Assembly: GCA_964551375.1 (NCBI GenBank)
Contig: CAZKBG010000001.1
Span: 510,001-542,000 of the forward strand
Source of the DNA: an uncultured archaeon
GTDB lineage: Archaea; Iainarchaeota; Iainarchaeia; Iainarchaeales; JAAZKV01
Reading direction: 5' to 3'
Length of the DNA: 32,000 nt
In this document: positions 22,081 to 29,190 of the stretch, piece by piece
How the letters are laid out: each line of letters starts with the position of its first letter
Numbering within the stretch: the stretch's first letter is position 1
Notes under the pieces: model-generated
Databases searched by the model: none
Told to the model about the DNA's origin: nothing
The model's input: the letters and a program-made list of their open reading frames with translations, nothing else
Made by a program: the position numbers and the translations under genes

Positions 22081-22103
22081 CAAAAGCAAAGGAGGCTTTT
22101 CAA

Positions 22104-22829
22104 ATGGTTGATTTCGGAGGCTGTATCAAAAAGCCTTTTAGCGACATGAAAACGCTGTTAGTAGGAATGATAATTGGAGCAATTCCAATTGTAAACATTC
22201 TCTTAAGCGGATTCATCCTAAAAGTGGCTGAAGATACATCAAAAGGAAAAAATGAACTAAGAGCATGGGCTGTTGGAGATATTCTTGACTATATATTAAA
22301 GGCAATAATATCAGTAGTTATTGCAATAGTCTACATGATAGTCCCAATAATACTAATAGTTCTTGGAATAGGCAGCGCACTATTAAGCACAATTGCAACA
22401 TTGTTGCCGTCATTTAATCCGGCAGCAGGCAGCGGAGCAATGGCAAATGTAGACCCGATGACTATAATATCAGCAATAATGAATGGAGTTAGCGCAGGCG
22501 CGCCATTAATCATTATTGGAGTAATCATAGGAATAATCGCAGCATTGCTTTTGCCAATGGCTCTGGTGAAATGGCTAAAGTCAGGATCAGTAGGGGCTGC
22601 ATTCAACGTAATCGCAGTAATAAAAAACTGCCTGACAGGTAAATATATTGCAGCGCTAATAGTTGGAGCAATACTCGCAATAATCATCTCAATGATTCTT
22701 GGAGCAATATCAATTGCACTGGCTTTAGTGCCAATAGTTGGATTCATACTAACAATGTTAGTAATGGGATTGACAAGCTACATCGTGGGAGTAATGTACT
22801 ACTCTATGATAGCACAAACAGTGGATTAA
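22104..22829 (+). CDS. polytopic membrane protein, DUF4013-like
   Basis: The N-terminal CIKKPFSDMKTLLVGMIIGAIPIVNILLSGFILKV...KGKNELRAW matches my recollection of DUF4013, followed by several hydrophobic segments. ATG 22104 is preceded by AAGGAGG; ORF-track start 22074 is a GTG. Confidence 0.55.
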   Translation: MVDFGGCIKKPFSDMKTLLVGMIIGAIPIVNILLSGFILKVAEDTSKGKNELRAWAVGDILDYILKAIISVVIAIVYMIVPIILIVLGIGSALLSTIATLLPSFNPAAGSGAMANVDPMTIISAIMNGVSAGAPLIIIGVIIGIIAALLLPMALVKWLKSGSVGAAFNVIAVIKNCLTGKYIAALIVGAILAIIISMILGAISIALALVPIVGFILTMLVMGLTSYIVGVMYYSMIAQTVD

Positions 22830-22842
22830 AATCGTTAAGATC

Positions 22843-22878
22843 AAAAAGCGGCTAAAATGCCGCTTTTTCTATTTTTTT
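22843..22878 (+). terminator. intrinsic-terminator-like hairpin after the DUF4013-like gene
   Basis: AAAAAGCGGC-TAAAAT-GCCGCTTTTT (10-bp stem with a 5-bp GC core) is followed by CTATTTTTTT. Confidence 0.65.
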
Positions 22879-22984
22879 AAAACTCAAAAACGCAAGAATA
22901 ACATCCAAAGAAAACCATTAAATAATGTTCAACTCCATTTCTACAAGTCAACAATTGAAAAAGACCAAAATTAAGTTTGAATTC

Positions 22985-23002
22985 AGACTTTTTTAAAAGT
23001 CT
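22985..23002 (+). promoter_or_regulatory. 18-bp perfect palindrome enclosing the TTTAAA promoter core of the Yip1-like gene
   Basis: AGACTTTT-TT-AAAAGTCT has 8-bp arms. The TTTAAA core lies at 22992..22997, about 40 nt upstream of my preferred start at 23034. Confidence 0.4.
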
Positions 23003-23033
23003 TTTATCAAAATATACCTTGGGGGTGTTGGGG

Positions 23034-23723
23034 TTGATTAACGCGCTAATTGATTTATACTTTAATCCGGAAAAGTCGATGAAAAAAGCAGTAGGAAAAG
23101 AAAGCATTGTTAGAGGAATATTTAATTTTTCAATAATTCCCGTGGTTATTGCATTTATTTTCGGGCTGTTGATAGGAATACTCACACTTGTTTTTGGAGG
23201 AAGCCCGACTCCGACTGAAATGATAATGCCAATAATCGGATTTCCAATAGGCGCATTCATTTTAGTTCTAATAGGCTCGCTTCTTGTAAATCTATTCTTC
23301 TGGTTTGCAAATAAACTAGTAAAAAACCCAAAAAACTTCACAAAATTATACTACACCCTATCAGTTGGATTTTTGTCAGTAATGATAGTGCTTGTAGTTC
23401 CTGCAATAATTTACATTATTGGAATGATGCTCACTCAAATAGCCGCAGTTGGACTCGCAGTTAACCCTGCAATGAGCTCATTTGCTTTTTTGGGACTCGC
23501 ATTAAGCGCAATAGGACTAGTTCTACTAATTCCATTAGCACTGCTTGGACACTACACATGCTGGCTAGTGTTAAAAGAAGCTACCGGTCTAGAAAACAAG
23601 AAACTTGTAAAAGCGCTTTTAATCACAACAATCATAACAGCAGTGGCAGGATTCATAATACTAGTACTGCTTGGAGCAATTTTAATTCAAGTACTTGGAC
23701 TAGGCGCAGTGCCTGCAGTGTAA
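23034..23723 (+). CDS. polytopic membrane protein, Yip1-domain-like
   Basis: The protein is hydrophobic with about 5 TM segments, and LYFNPEKSMKKAVGKESIVRG precedes TM1 as in Yip1/DUF1282-type proteins. The start is uncertain. I chose TTG 23034, 6 nt after GGGGGTG and downstream of the TTTAAA core at 22992. The alternatives are TTG 22977 (ORF track) and ATG 23079. Confidence 0.45.
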   Translation: MINALIDLYFNPEKSMKKAVGKESIVRGIFNFSIIPVVIAFIFGLLIGILTLVFGGSPTPTEMIMPIIGFPIGAFILVLIGSLLVNLFFWFANKLVKNPKNFTKLYYTLSVGFLSVMIVLVVPAIIYIIGMMLTQIAAVGLAVNPAMSSFAFLGLALSAIGLVLLIPLALLGHYTCWLVLKEATGLENKKLVKALLITTIITAVAGFIILVLLGAILIQVLGLGAVPAV

Positions 23724-23738
23724 GAAAGCGAAACAAAA

Positions 23739-23775
23739 GCTTGGCTATAAAAAAGCCAAGCGCCCTTATTCTTTT
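23739..23775 (+). terminator. hairpin plus T-rich tract after the Yip1-like gene
   Basis: GCTTGGC-TATAAAAAA-GCCAAGC (7-bp stem) is followed by GCCCTTATTCTTTT. Confidence 0.5.
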
Positions 23776-23823
23776 AAAAAAACATCACACGCTTAAATCA
23801 TTATAATTAAACAAACAATCGGG

Positions 23824-24270
23824 ATGAAAATGGAACACTGCTATAAAGAAGGATGCATTTTCTGCAAATTCGCAAAAAAAGAAATTGAAACCGCAATAAT
23901 TTACGAAAACGACCACATAATCGCATTTCCCGACATTAACCCCGCAGGAGTCCTATTAGGGCACACATTAGTTGTTCCAAAAAAACACTTTGACACAATT
24001 GACGAAGTTGAGGAAGAATACTTAAAAGAAGCAATAATTGCAATAAAGAATCTGACAAAAGCAATAAAGAAAATGTCAGGAGCTGAAGGGATAAATATCC
24101 TCCAAAACAACGGAAAAGCCGCAGGACAACTAATTCCGCACGTTCATTTTCATATTATTCCAAGAAAACATGGAGATGGAATATTTTTTGACGAGAAAAG
24201 AAGAAAAATGCACCCAATGGAACAGACAGAAACCGCCAAATTAATCAAAGAAACCATTCAAAACCAATAA
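23824..24270 (+). CDS. HIT-family (histidine triad) nucleotide hydrolase/transferase
   Basis: N-terminal CIFC and the histidine triad HVHFHIIPR. Confidence 0.9.
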   Translation: MKMEHCYKEGCIFCKFAKKEIETAIIYENDHIIAFPDINPAGVLLGHTLVVPKKHFDTIDEVEEEYLKEAIIAIKNLTKAIKKMSGAEGINILQNNGKAAGQLIPHVHFHIIPRKHGDGIFFDEKRRKMHPMEQTETAKLIKETIQNQ

Positions 24271-24643
24271 AACTCATGAAAAGAACTTTATTTTTGCAGA
24301 AAATGAGCGGTTTGGATTTTGTTTTCACCCAAACCCCCAAGCGTTTACTTTTCAAACTCAAAAAGTATTAATCTTTAGGGAGTATTATACTAACAAAGAG
24401 AAAACGCCAAAAAATCTTACCGGAAAAATTTGATTTATTGGCAAATCCCAACACATTTTCTCTAAAATATAGCTCCAAAGAAAAGAAATCGGGTACGCCA
24501 AGGGGAATACTTGCGAACAGACGCCGTGGAAAAGAGGCGGCGCTGTTAAGAAACTCGATTTCTTTTCACAAAAAATGCACCGGCAAAAAGGGGCAAATAG
24601 TATTAAAACAAGAAAATGGGCAAAATGGTTGGGACTGATTAGG

Positions 24644-26761
24644 ATGTATTCAGATTCGGAAGAAGTAGTAAAGCAGGAAAGCTCGCCTTACTTAGAAAGG
24701 TTTGAAGAATTCTTTAACGCTGAATACAAAAAGCAAATTGAAAGAATTGTAGAAGCATACCCGCAGGAAAGAAGTATAACTGTTGACTTTAAAGCGCTTG
24801 AAAAATATGACCCGATTTTAGCAGATGAACTTCTTGACAAACCGGATGAAGTGCTTGAAGCGGCGCACAACGCAATTCAAAATATTCACATACCAACACT
24901 TACTACAGAAATTTTCAGACCGCACGTTCGATTCTCAAATCTCCCAAAAGATAGGGAAATTGATGTAAGAAACTTAAGCGCAAAACACCTTGGGAAAATG
25001 ATAAGCATAGAAGGGCTTGTTAGGCTAATTACTGATTCTCTGCCTAAAATAACAATGGCTATATGGAAATGCAAAAGATGCGGAAATGTATATAAAATTC
25101 CCCAGAAAAAGCACAAAATATACCCTCCCAATATGTGCGAATGCCACTCAAAGGACTTTGACTTAGAAGAAGACAAGAGCGCATTTATTGATTATCAGAA
25201 AATACAAATACAGGAAACGCTTGAAAAGTTAAAAGGAAATGAACAAGCAACTTATGTTGATGTTTATGTCAGCGATGATTTTGTAAATAGAGTAGCAGCA
25301 GGAGACAAAACAAGATTTGTCGGAGTACTCAGACTAGTTCCGCCGCAAAAAGACAAAAAAGATATTTACGGCAGATATCTTGAAGCAATACACTTAGAAG
25401 AAACTGCCAAAGAATTTTCTGAAGTTGATATTGCAAAAGAAGAAGAAGAGGAAATAAAAAAACTTGCTAAAAATCCGCAGATTTATGAAATGCTTGCGCA
25501 AAGTGTGGCTCCCGCAATTTACGGACATGATACAGTAAAAGAAAGCATATCTCTCCAGCTTTTTGGAGGAGTGACAAAACACCTTCCTAACGGACAAAAA
25601 ATCAGGGGAAACATTCACATCCTACTAATCGGGGACCCAGGATGCGGAAAATCACAATTACTTCAGGCAACAAATAACATAGCTCCAAAATCAATTTACA
25701 TTTCAGGAAAAACAACAAGTGGAGTAGGACTAACCGCATCCGCTGTAAAGGACGAATTTGGAGAAGGAGGATGGACGCTAAAAGCAGGAGCGCTTGTATT
25801 AAGCTCAGGCGGAGTATGCATGGCAGATGAACTTGACAAAATGGCGCCTGAAGATAGGAGCGCGCTGCATGAAGCAATGGAACAGGGAATGATTTCAGTA
25901 GCAAAAGCAGGAATTGTGGCAAGATTTAAAGCAGACACTTCACTACTTGCAGCAGCAAATCCAAAATTTTCAAGATTTGACAAATTCACTCCTTTTTTAG
26001 AACAAATTGACCTACCTGCTTCACTAATCTCAAGATTTGACTTATTTTTCATGATAAGAGATATTCTTGATAGAACTCAAGACCAGAAAATTTCAAGACA
26101 CATACTTGAAACCCACCAAAGCGGGGAAAAATTAATGCAAGCGCAGCAAAAAGGAATAGCTTTGGCAAAAGAAGAAAAAGAAGAAATTGACAAAAAAACA
26201 AAGCCAATAATCGACATGATGGTATTTAGAAAATACGTTTCATTCGCAAGGCAAAAATGCTACCCAATACTAAGCCCTGAAGCAATGGAAACAATTTCTG
26301 ACTTTTATGTAAGTCTGCGTGACCAGGGAAGAAGCCAAGGCTCATACGCAGCAACAGCAAGACAGCTTGAAGGACTTGTAAGACTTGCAGAAGGAAGCGC
26401 AAGAGTAAGACTAAGCGATGTAGTTGAAGTGCAGGACGCCCAAAGAGCAATAAGACTTGTAAAAAAATCCTTAGAAGAAACAGTAACGGACCCTGACACC
26501 GGAAGAATCGACATTGATATTGTAACAACAGGAGTGACACAGGCAAAACAAAATGCAATCTCAACCGTGCTTAGAATTATTAAAGAACAAATGGCAAACG
26601 GAATTGACATGGTTCCAGTGGAAGAAGTTGTAACACAAGGAATGGAAAAAGGGCTTGACGAACAAAAAATCAATCAGGCGCTTGACGAGCTTGAAAAGAA
26701 AGGAGAAATATACAAACCAAGACACCACTTTGTAAAACCCACAACTGAAAAGAAAAGCTAA
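24644..26761 (+). CDS. mcm: replicative helicase MCM
   Basis: Zinc motif CKRCGN...CECH, Walker A GDPGCGKSQLL, Walker B CMADELDKM, arginine finger SRFDLFF, and a C-terminal winged-helix-like region. I use ATG 24644 (MYSDSEE); the ORF-track extension from 24575 has no MCM-like sequence. Confidence 0.95.
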   Translation: MYSDSEEVVKQESSPYLERFEEFFNAEYKKQIERIVEAYPQERSITVDFKALEKYDPILADELLDKPDEVLEAAHNAIQNIHIPTLTTEIFRPHVRFSNLPKDREIDVRNLSAKHLGKMISIEGLVRLITDSLPKITMAIWKCKRCGNVYKIPQKKHKIYPPNMCECHSKDFDLEEDKSAFIDYQKIQIQETLEKLKGNEQATYVDVYVSDDFVNRVAAGDKTRFVGVLRLVPPQKDKKDIYGRYLEAIHLEETAKEFSEVDIAKEEEEEIKKLAKNPQIYEMLAQSVAPAIYGHDTVKESISLQLFGGVTKHLPNGQKIRGNIHILLIGDPGCGKSQLLQATNNIAPKSIYISGKTTSGVGLTASAVKDEFGEGGWTLKAGALVLSSGGVCMADELDKMAPEDRSALHEAMEQGMISVAKAGIVARFKADTSLLAAANPKFSRFDKFTPFLEQIDLPASLISRFDLFFMIRDILDRTQDQKISRHILETHQSGEKLMQAQQKGIALAKEEKEEIDKKTKPIIDMMVFRKYVSFARQKCYPILSPEAMETISDFYVSLRDQGRSQGSYAATARQLEGLVRLAEGSARVRLSDVVEVQDAQRAIRLVKKSLEETVTDPDTGRIDIDIVTTGVTQAKQNAISTVLRIIKEQMANGIDMVPVEEVVTQGMEKGLDEQKINQALDELEKKGEIYKPRHHFVKPTTEKKS

Positions 26762-26777
26762 AAAATCAAATCCAGAC

Positions 26778-26796
26778 TAACTTTCAAAAAAACAGC
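26778..26796 (+). repeat. copy 2 of exact 19-nt intergenic element TAACTTTCAAAAAAACAGC
   Basis: Identical to 19667..19685. It lies 17 nt after the mcm stop and 36 nt before the TTTAAA core of the presenilin-like gene promoter. Confidence 0.8.
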
Positions 26797-26867
26797 AGAA
26801 TTAATGACAAAAAACAGGCTAACAGCTTCTTTTTAAAAACAAAGAGCGTAAATTTCTTTTGAGAAAA

Positions 26868-27800
26868 ATGGCAAAACCAACCAGAACAAGAACAATTAAG
26901 AAAAAGCCAGCGCATGCGCCACACAAAACACCTGCTTTAAAGCACGCCCAAAAACCTGTTTCAAAAACCGAAGCAAACGGCGGCACTTGGATAAATAATG
27001 AAATCTTCCTAAAACTTGCAACCGTATTTTTGGCGACAGAAGTACTTGGATTATTTGTTGCAAAAGCATTATTTGCTCAGGGACTCCAGCAGGCACCGTT
27101 TGCTGAAGATATTAATGATATTTTAAATGCATTCTACTTATTCGGCGTAATAATTTTCATGACAATAGTAATACTTCTTGCGCTCAAAATGAAGCACACA
27201 AAGAAAATGCTTTGGGTTGTTGAAGCGCTTGCCATATTTGCAACATCAACAATAGTGATGAGCGCCTTTTTCCCGACAAACGACTTAGTAGTTCTTGGAA
27301 CAGTAGCGCTTTTGCTAATACTAAGATACACAAACCGCAAAAATTTAATGATAAGAAATTTAGCAAGCGTAATCGCAGTAGCAGGCGCAGGCGCCTTTTT
27401 AGGAATCTCGCTTGGATTATTCCCAGTAGTTGCATTTGCAATAATACTTGCAATATACGACATAATCGCAGTGTTTTACACAAAACACATGGTGACAATC
27501 GGAAAACAGTCGCTTGAAAACAATTTTGCATTCACAATTGCAATGCCGACAAAAGAACACAAATTTGAACTTGGAAACGGGGACTTAGTAATTCCATTAA
27601 TGATAGCATCAAGCGTGCTTGTAAACGGGCCATTTTTAAATAATGGAATAATGGCAGGAATCTCCCTCTCAGCAAGCTACATAGGACTTGTACTAAGCAT
27701 TTATTCAGTATCCAAATGGAAAAAACCAATGCCGGCGCTCCCCCCACAAACCGCTCTCATAGTAATCGCAATCCTAATCGGGCTTGCTCTTGGGCTTTAA
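26868..27800 (+). CDS. presenilin/signal-peptide-peptidase-like intramembrane aspartyl protease (A22 family, PSH-type)
   Basis: The YD motif (AIYDIIAVF), GxGD motif (LGNGDLVIPL) and PAL motif (MPALPP) occur in the right order within a polytopic protein. The N-terminal ~45 aa are basic. A TTTAAA core at 26832..26837 lies ~31 nt upstream of ATG 26868. Confidence 0.8.
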   Translation: MAKPTRTRTIKKKPAHAPHKTPALKHAQKPVSKTEANGGTWINNEIFLKLATVFLATEVLGLFVAKALFAQGLQQAPFAEDINDILNAFYLFGVIIFMTIVILLALKMKHTKKMLWVVEALAIFATSTIVMSAFFPTNDLVVLGTVALLLILRYTNRKNLMIRNLASVIAVAGAGAFLGISLGLFPVVAFAIILAIYDIIAVFYTKHMVTIGKQSLENNFAFTIAMPTKEHKFELGNGDLVIPLMIASSVLVNGPFLNNGIMAGISLSASYIGLVLSIYSVSKWKKPMPALPPQTALIVIAILIGLALGL

Positions 27801-27883
27801 ATAAATAAAACCGCCTGCAAAAGAGCCTAAATTTGATTTATATACGTTTTGCTGGGCAATTAAATAGTAGAAGTGAGCCAACA

Positions 27884-28291
27884 ATGCAGAAATATGAAGA
27901 TTTACTTGTAAAAGCATACCACTCAATACCGCAAAAGGCGCTAAGCCACGAAAGATTTGAAATACCAAGAGTAGAATCATTCATTCAGGGCGGAAAAACT
28001 ATTGTAAGAGGATTTAATATTTTAATTAAAGACATGCGAAGGGACAAAAAGCATTTCATAAAATGGCTGAACAAAGAAACCGCAGCCCCGATCAGCGAAG
28101 GAAACAACCAGCTCTTAATTAATGGAAAAGTAGGAGCAATACAACTCAACAAATTAATTGAAGCATATTTCAACCAATATGTTTTGTGCTCAGAATGCAA
28201 AAAACCGGACACAAAAGTTGTTTCACAGGACGGAATAAGAATGCTCAAATGCGAAGCGTGCGGAGCAATAAAACCAGTATCAGGACTATAA
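27884..28291 (+). CDS. eif2b: translation initiation factor 2 beta subunit (aIF2-beta)
   Basis: RFEIPRVESFIQGGKTIV, YVLCSECKKPDT...CEACG (C4 zinc ribbon), and a size of ~135 aa. ATG 27884 is preceded by AGTGAG. Confidence 0.9.
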   Translation: MQKYEDLLVKAYHSIPQKALSHERFEIPRVESFIQGGKTIVRGFNILIKDMRRDKKHFIKWLNKETAAPISEGNNQLLINGKVGAIQLNKLIEAYFNQYVLCSECKKPDTKVVSQDGIRMLKCEACGAIKPVSGL

Positions 28292-28384
28292 GACAAAACT
28301 TAACAAAACTTATTTTTAGAAATTAAATTAAAGCAAAAAATTTTGATAAATACGGCTAAATGTTAAAGAAAGCAAGTGATATTG

Positions 28385-28675
28385 ATGATAGCAAAAAAAC
28401 ACGAGATTGAATACAAAACAATTGTCGGAGTATGCGACAAAGAACACCTTGGAAAAACTTTCACCGAAGGCGAAATAGAATTCACTGCAAGCAAAAAATT
28501 CTACGAAGGAGAAGAAATAACAGAAGAAGAGTTAAACAAAATATTAGACGAAGCGGATTCGGTAAACCTGTTCGGAAACAAATGCGTCGGAATTGCGGAG
28601 AAAAAAGGGCTTGTTAGCGAAAAAGGAACGCTGAAAATAAAAGGAATCAAGCACGCGCAAGTATACAAAATGTAA
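28385..28675 (+). CDS. DUF424-family archaeal protein
   Basis: VGVCDKEHLGKTF.EGEI...VNLFGNKCVGIAEKKGLV...IKGIKHAQVY matches the DUF424 pattern as I remember it. ATG 28385 lies 4 nt after GTGAT (28376..28380). Confidence 0.55.
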   Translation: MIAKKHEIEYKTIVGVCDKEHLGKTFTEGEIEFTASKKFYEGEEITEEELNKILDEADSVNLFGNKCVGIAEKKGLVSEKGTLKIKGIKHAQVYKM

Positions 28676-28750
28676 AACAGGGCAATTTTTGATAAACGAT
28701 GATTTTTATAGGTTTTGAAGAATAAGAATAAGTTAATTGGAGATGAAATA

Positions 28751-29134
28751 TTGGCAAATTTTAACAGTCAGAAGAGAAAAAACCAGATGAACAAGCGAAA
28801 GAGCTTTGGCTCGGCTCCGCAGCCAACCACTGAAGTTCAAGAAATGGGCTACACAAGAATGAGACTGCCAAACCCAAGCGAGCTTGAAGAATTTGCTATT
28901 GTAACACAATTAATGGGCTCAAACCAGGTAAAAGCAATGTGCGAAGACGGCACAGAAAGCCAGTTTAGAATACCAGGAAAACTTATGAAAAAAGTATGGC
29001 TAAGAGAAAATGATATTATAATTATCCAAAGATGGGAATTTCAGCCAAGCAAAGGAAATGTTGTTTGGAGATACCTTGGAAACCAAGTGGAATGGCTGAA
29101 AAGAAACGGAAAACTTGCAAAACTAGGGCTTTAA
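28751..29134 (+). CDS. eif1a: translation initiation factor 1A (aIF1A)
   Basis: The OB-fold core is FAIVTQLMGSNQVKAMCEDGTESQFRIPGKLMKKVWLRENDIIIIQRWEF. For the start I favour TTG 28751, 4 nt after GGAGATGA (one mismatch to GGAGGTGA). The alternatives are ATG 28787 and ORF-track TTG 28715. Confidence 0.85.
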   Translation: MANFNSQKRKNQMNKRKSFGSAPQPTTEVQEMGYTRMRLPNPSELEEFAIVTQLMGSNQVKAMCEDGTESQFRIPGKLMKKVWLRENDIIIIQRWEFQPSKGNVVWRYLGNQVEWLKRNGKLAKLGL

Positions 29135-29160
29135 TTCTAATAAACCAGCACCAAGCTAAG

Positions 29161-29168
29161 ATATAAAA
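29161..29168 (+). promoter_or_regulatory. TATA box of the pilin-like LamG gene (probable leaderless mRNA)
   Basis: ATATAAAA is centred ~26 nt upstream of ATG 29191, and no SD lies between them. Confidence 0.5.
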
Positions 29169-29190
29169 AGTAAAAATCGCTTACTAAATA

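Noticed and set aside
22331-23341. Minus-strand ORFs of 138 aa and 154 aa opposite the two membrane protein genes.
   Set aside because: They are antisense shadows of hydrophobic-protein genes, since codons for I/A/G/L read as open frames in reverse. The 154-aa ORF runs through the terminator hairpin and promoter of the plus-strand genes. Neither has start signals.
24276-24371. A 31-codon ATG ORF (MKRTLFLQKMSGLDFVFTQTPKRLLFKLKKY) starting 5 nt after the HIT gene stop.
   Set aside because: It has no SD or promoter and is too short to evaluate. It overlaps the GGTTTGG/CCAAACC hairpin, which more likely belongs to a terminator or leader. I did not call it as a gene.
24438-24643. A TTG-initiated 66-aa ORF and the 23-codon N-terminal extension of the mcm ORF (24575).
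   Set aside because: Neither has an SD and neither resembles the MCM N terminus. ATG 24644 is preceded by CTGATTAGG and starts the recognisable MCM N-terminal domain.
26612-26623. GTTCCAGTGGAA inside mcm matches the core of archaeal origin-recognition-box (ORB/mini-ORB) elements.
   Set aside because: It is a single copy inside a coding region (encoding VPVE). There is no second inverted copy, no AT-rich unwinding element, and no adjacent orc1/cdc6 gene. The partial CCGTGGAAAAG at 24525 is too degenerate to count.
25394-26673. Several long minus-strand ORFs (74-122 aa) opposite mcm.
   Set aside because: They are shadow ORFs of a GAA/AAA/GCA-rich coding strand. They have low-complexity L/S/F-rich translations and overlap each other in different frames. 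They have no SD or TATA signals, and mcm on the plus strand is unambiguous.
28432-28617. A 61-aa Arg-rich alternative-frame ORF inside the DUF424 gene.
   Set aside because: It is an overprinted frame of a GAA/AAA-rich gene. It has no start signals, and the DUF424 frame has the conserved motifs.
28743-28790. A 15-codon upstream ORF (MKYWQILTVRREKTR) whose TGA overlaps ATG 28787 of aIF1A (ATGA), suggesting termination-reinitiation control.
   Set aside because: Its ATG is part of GGAGATGA. That sequence is better read as the SD for the in-frame TTG 28751 start of aIF1A, with spacing identical to other genes. The uORF is therefore most likely fortuitous.
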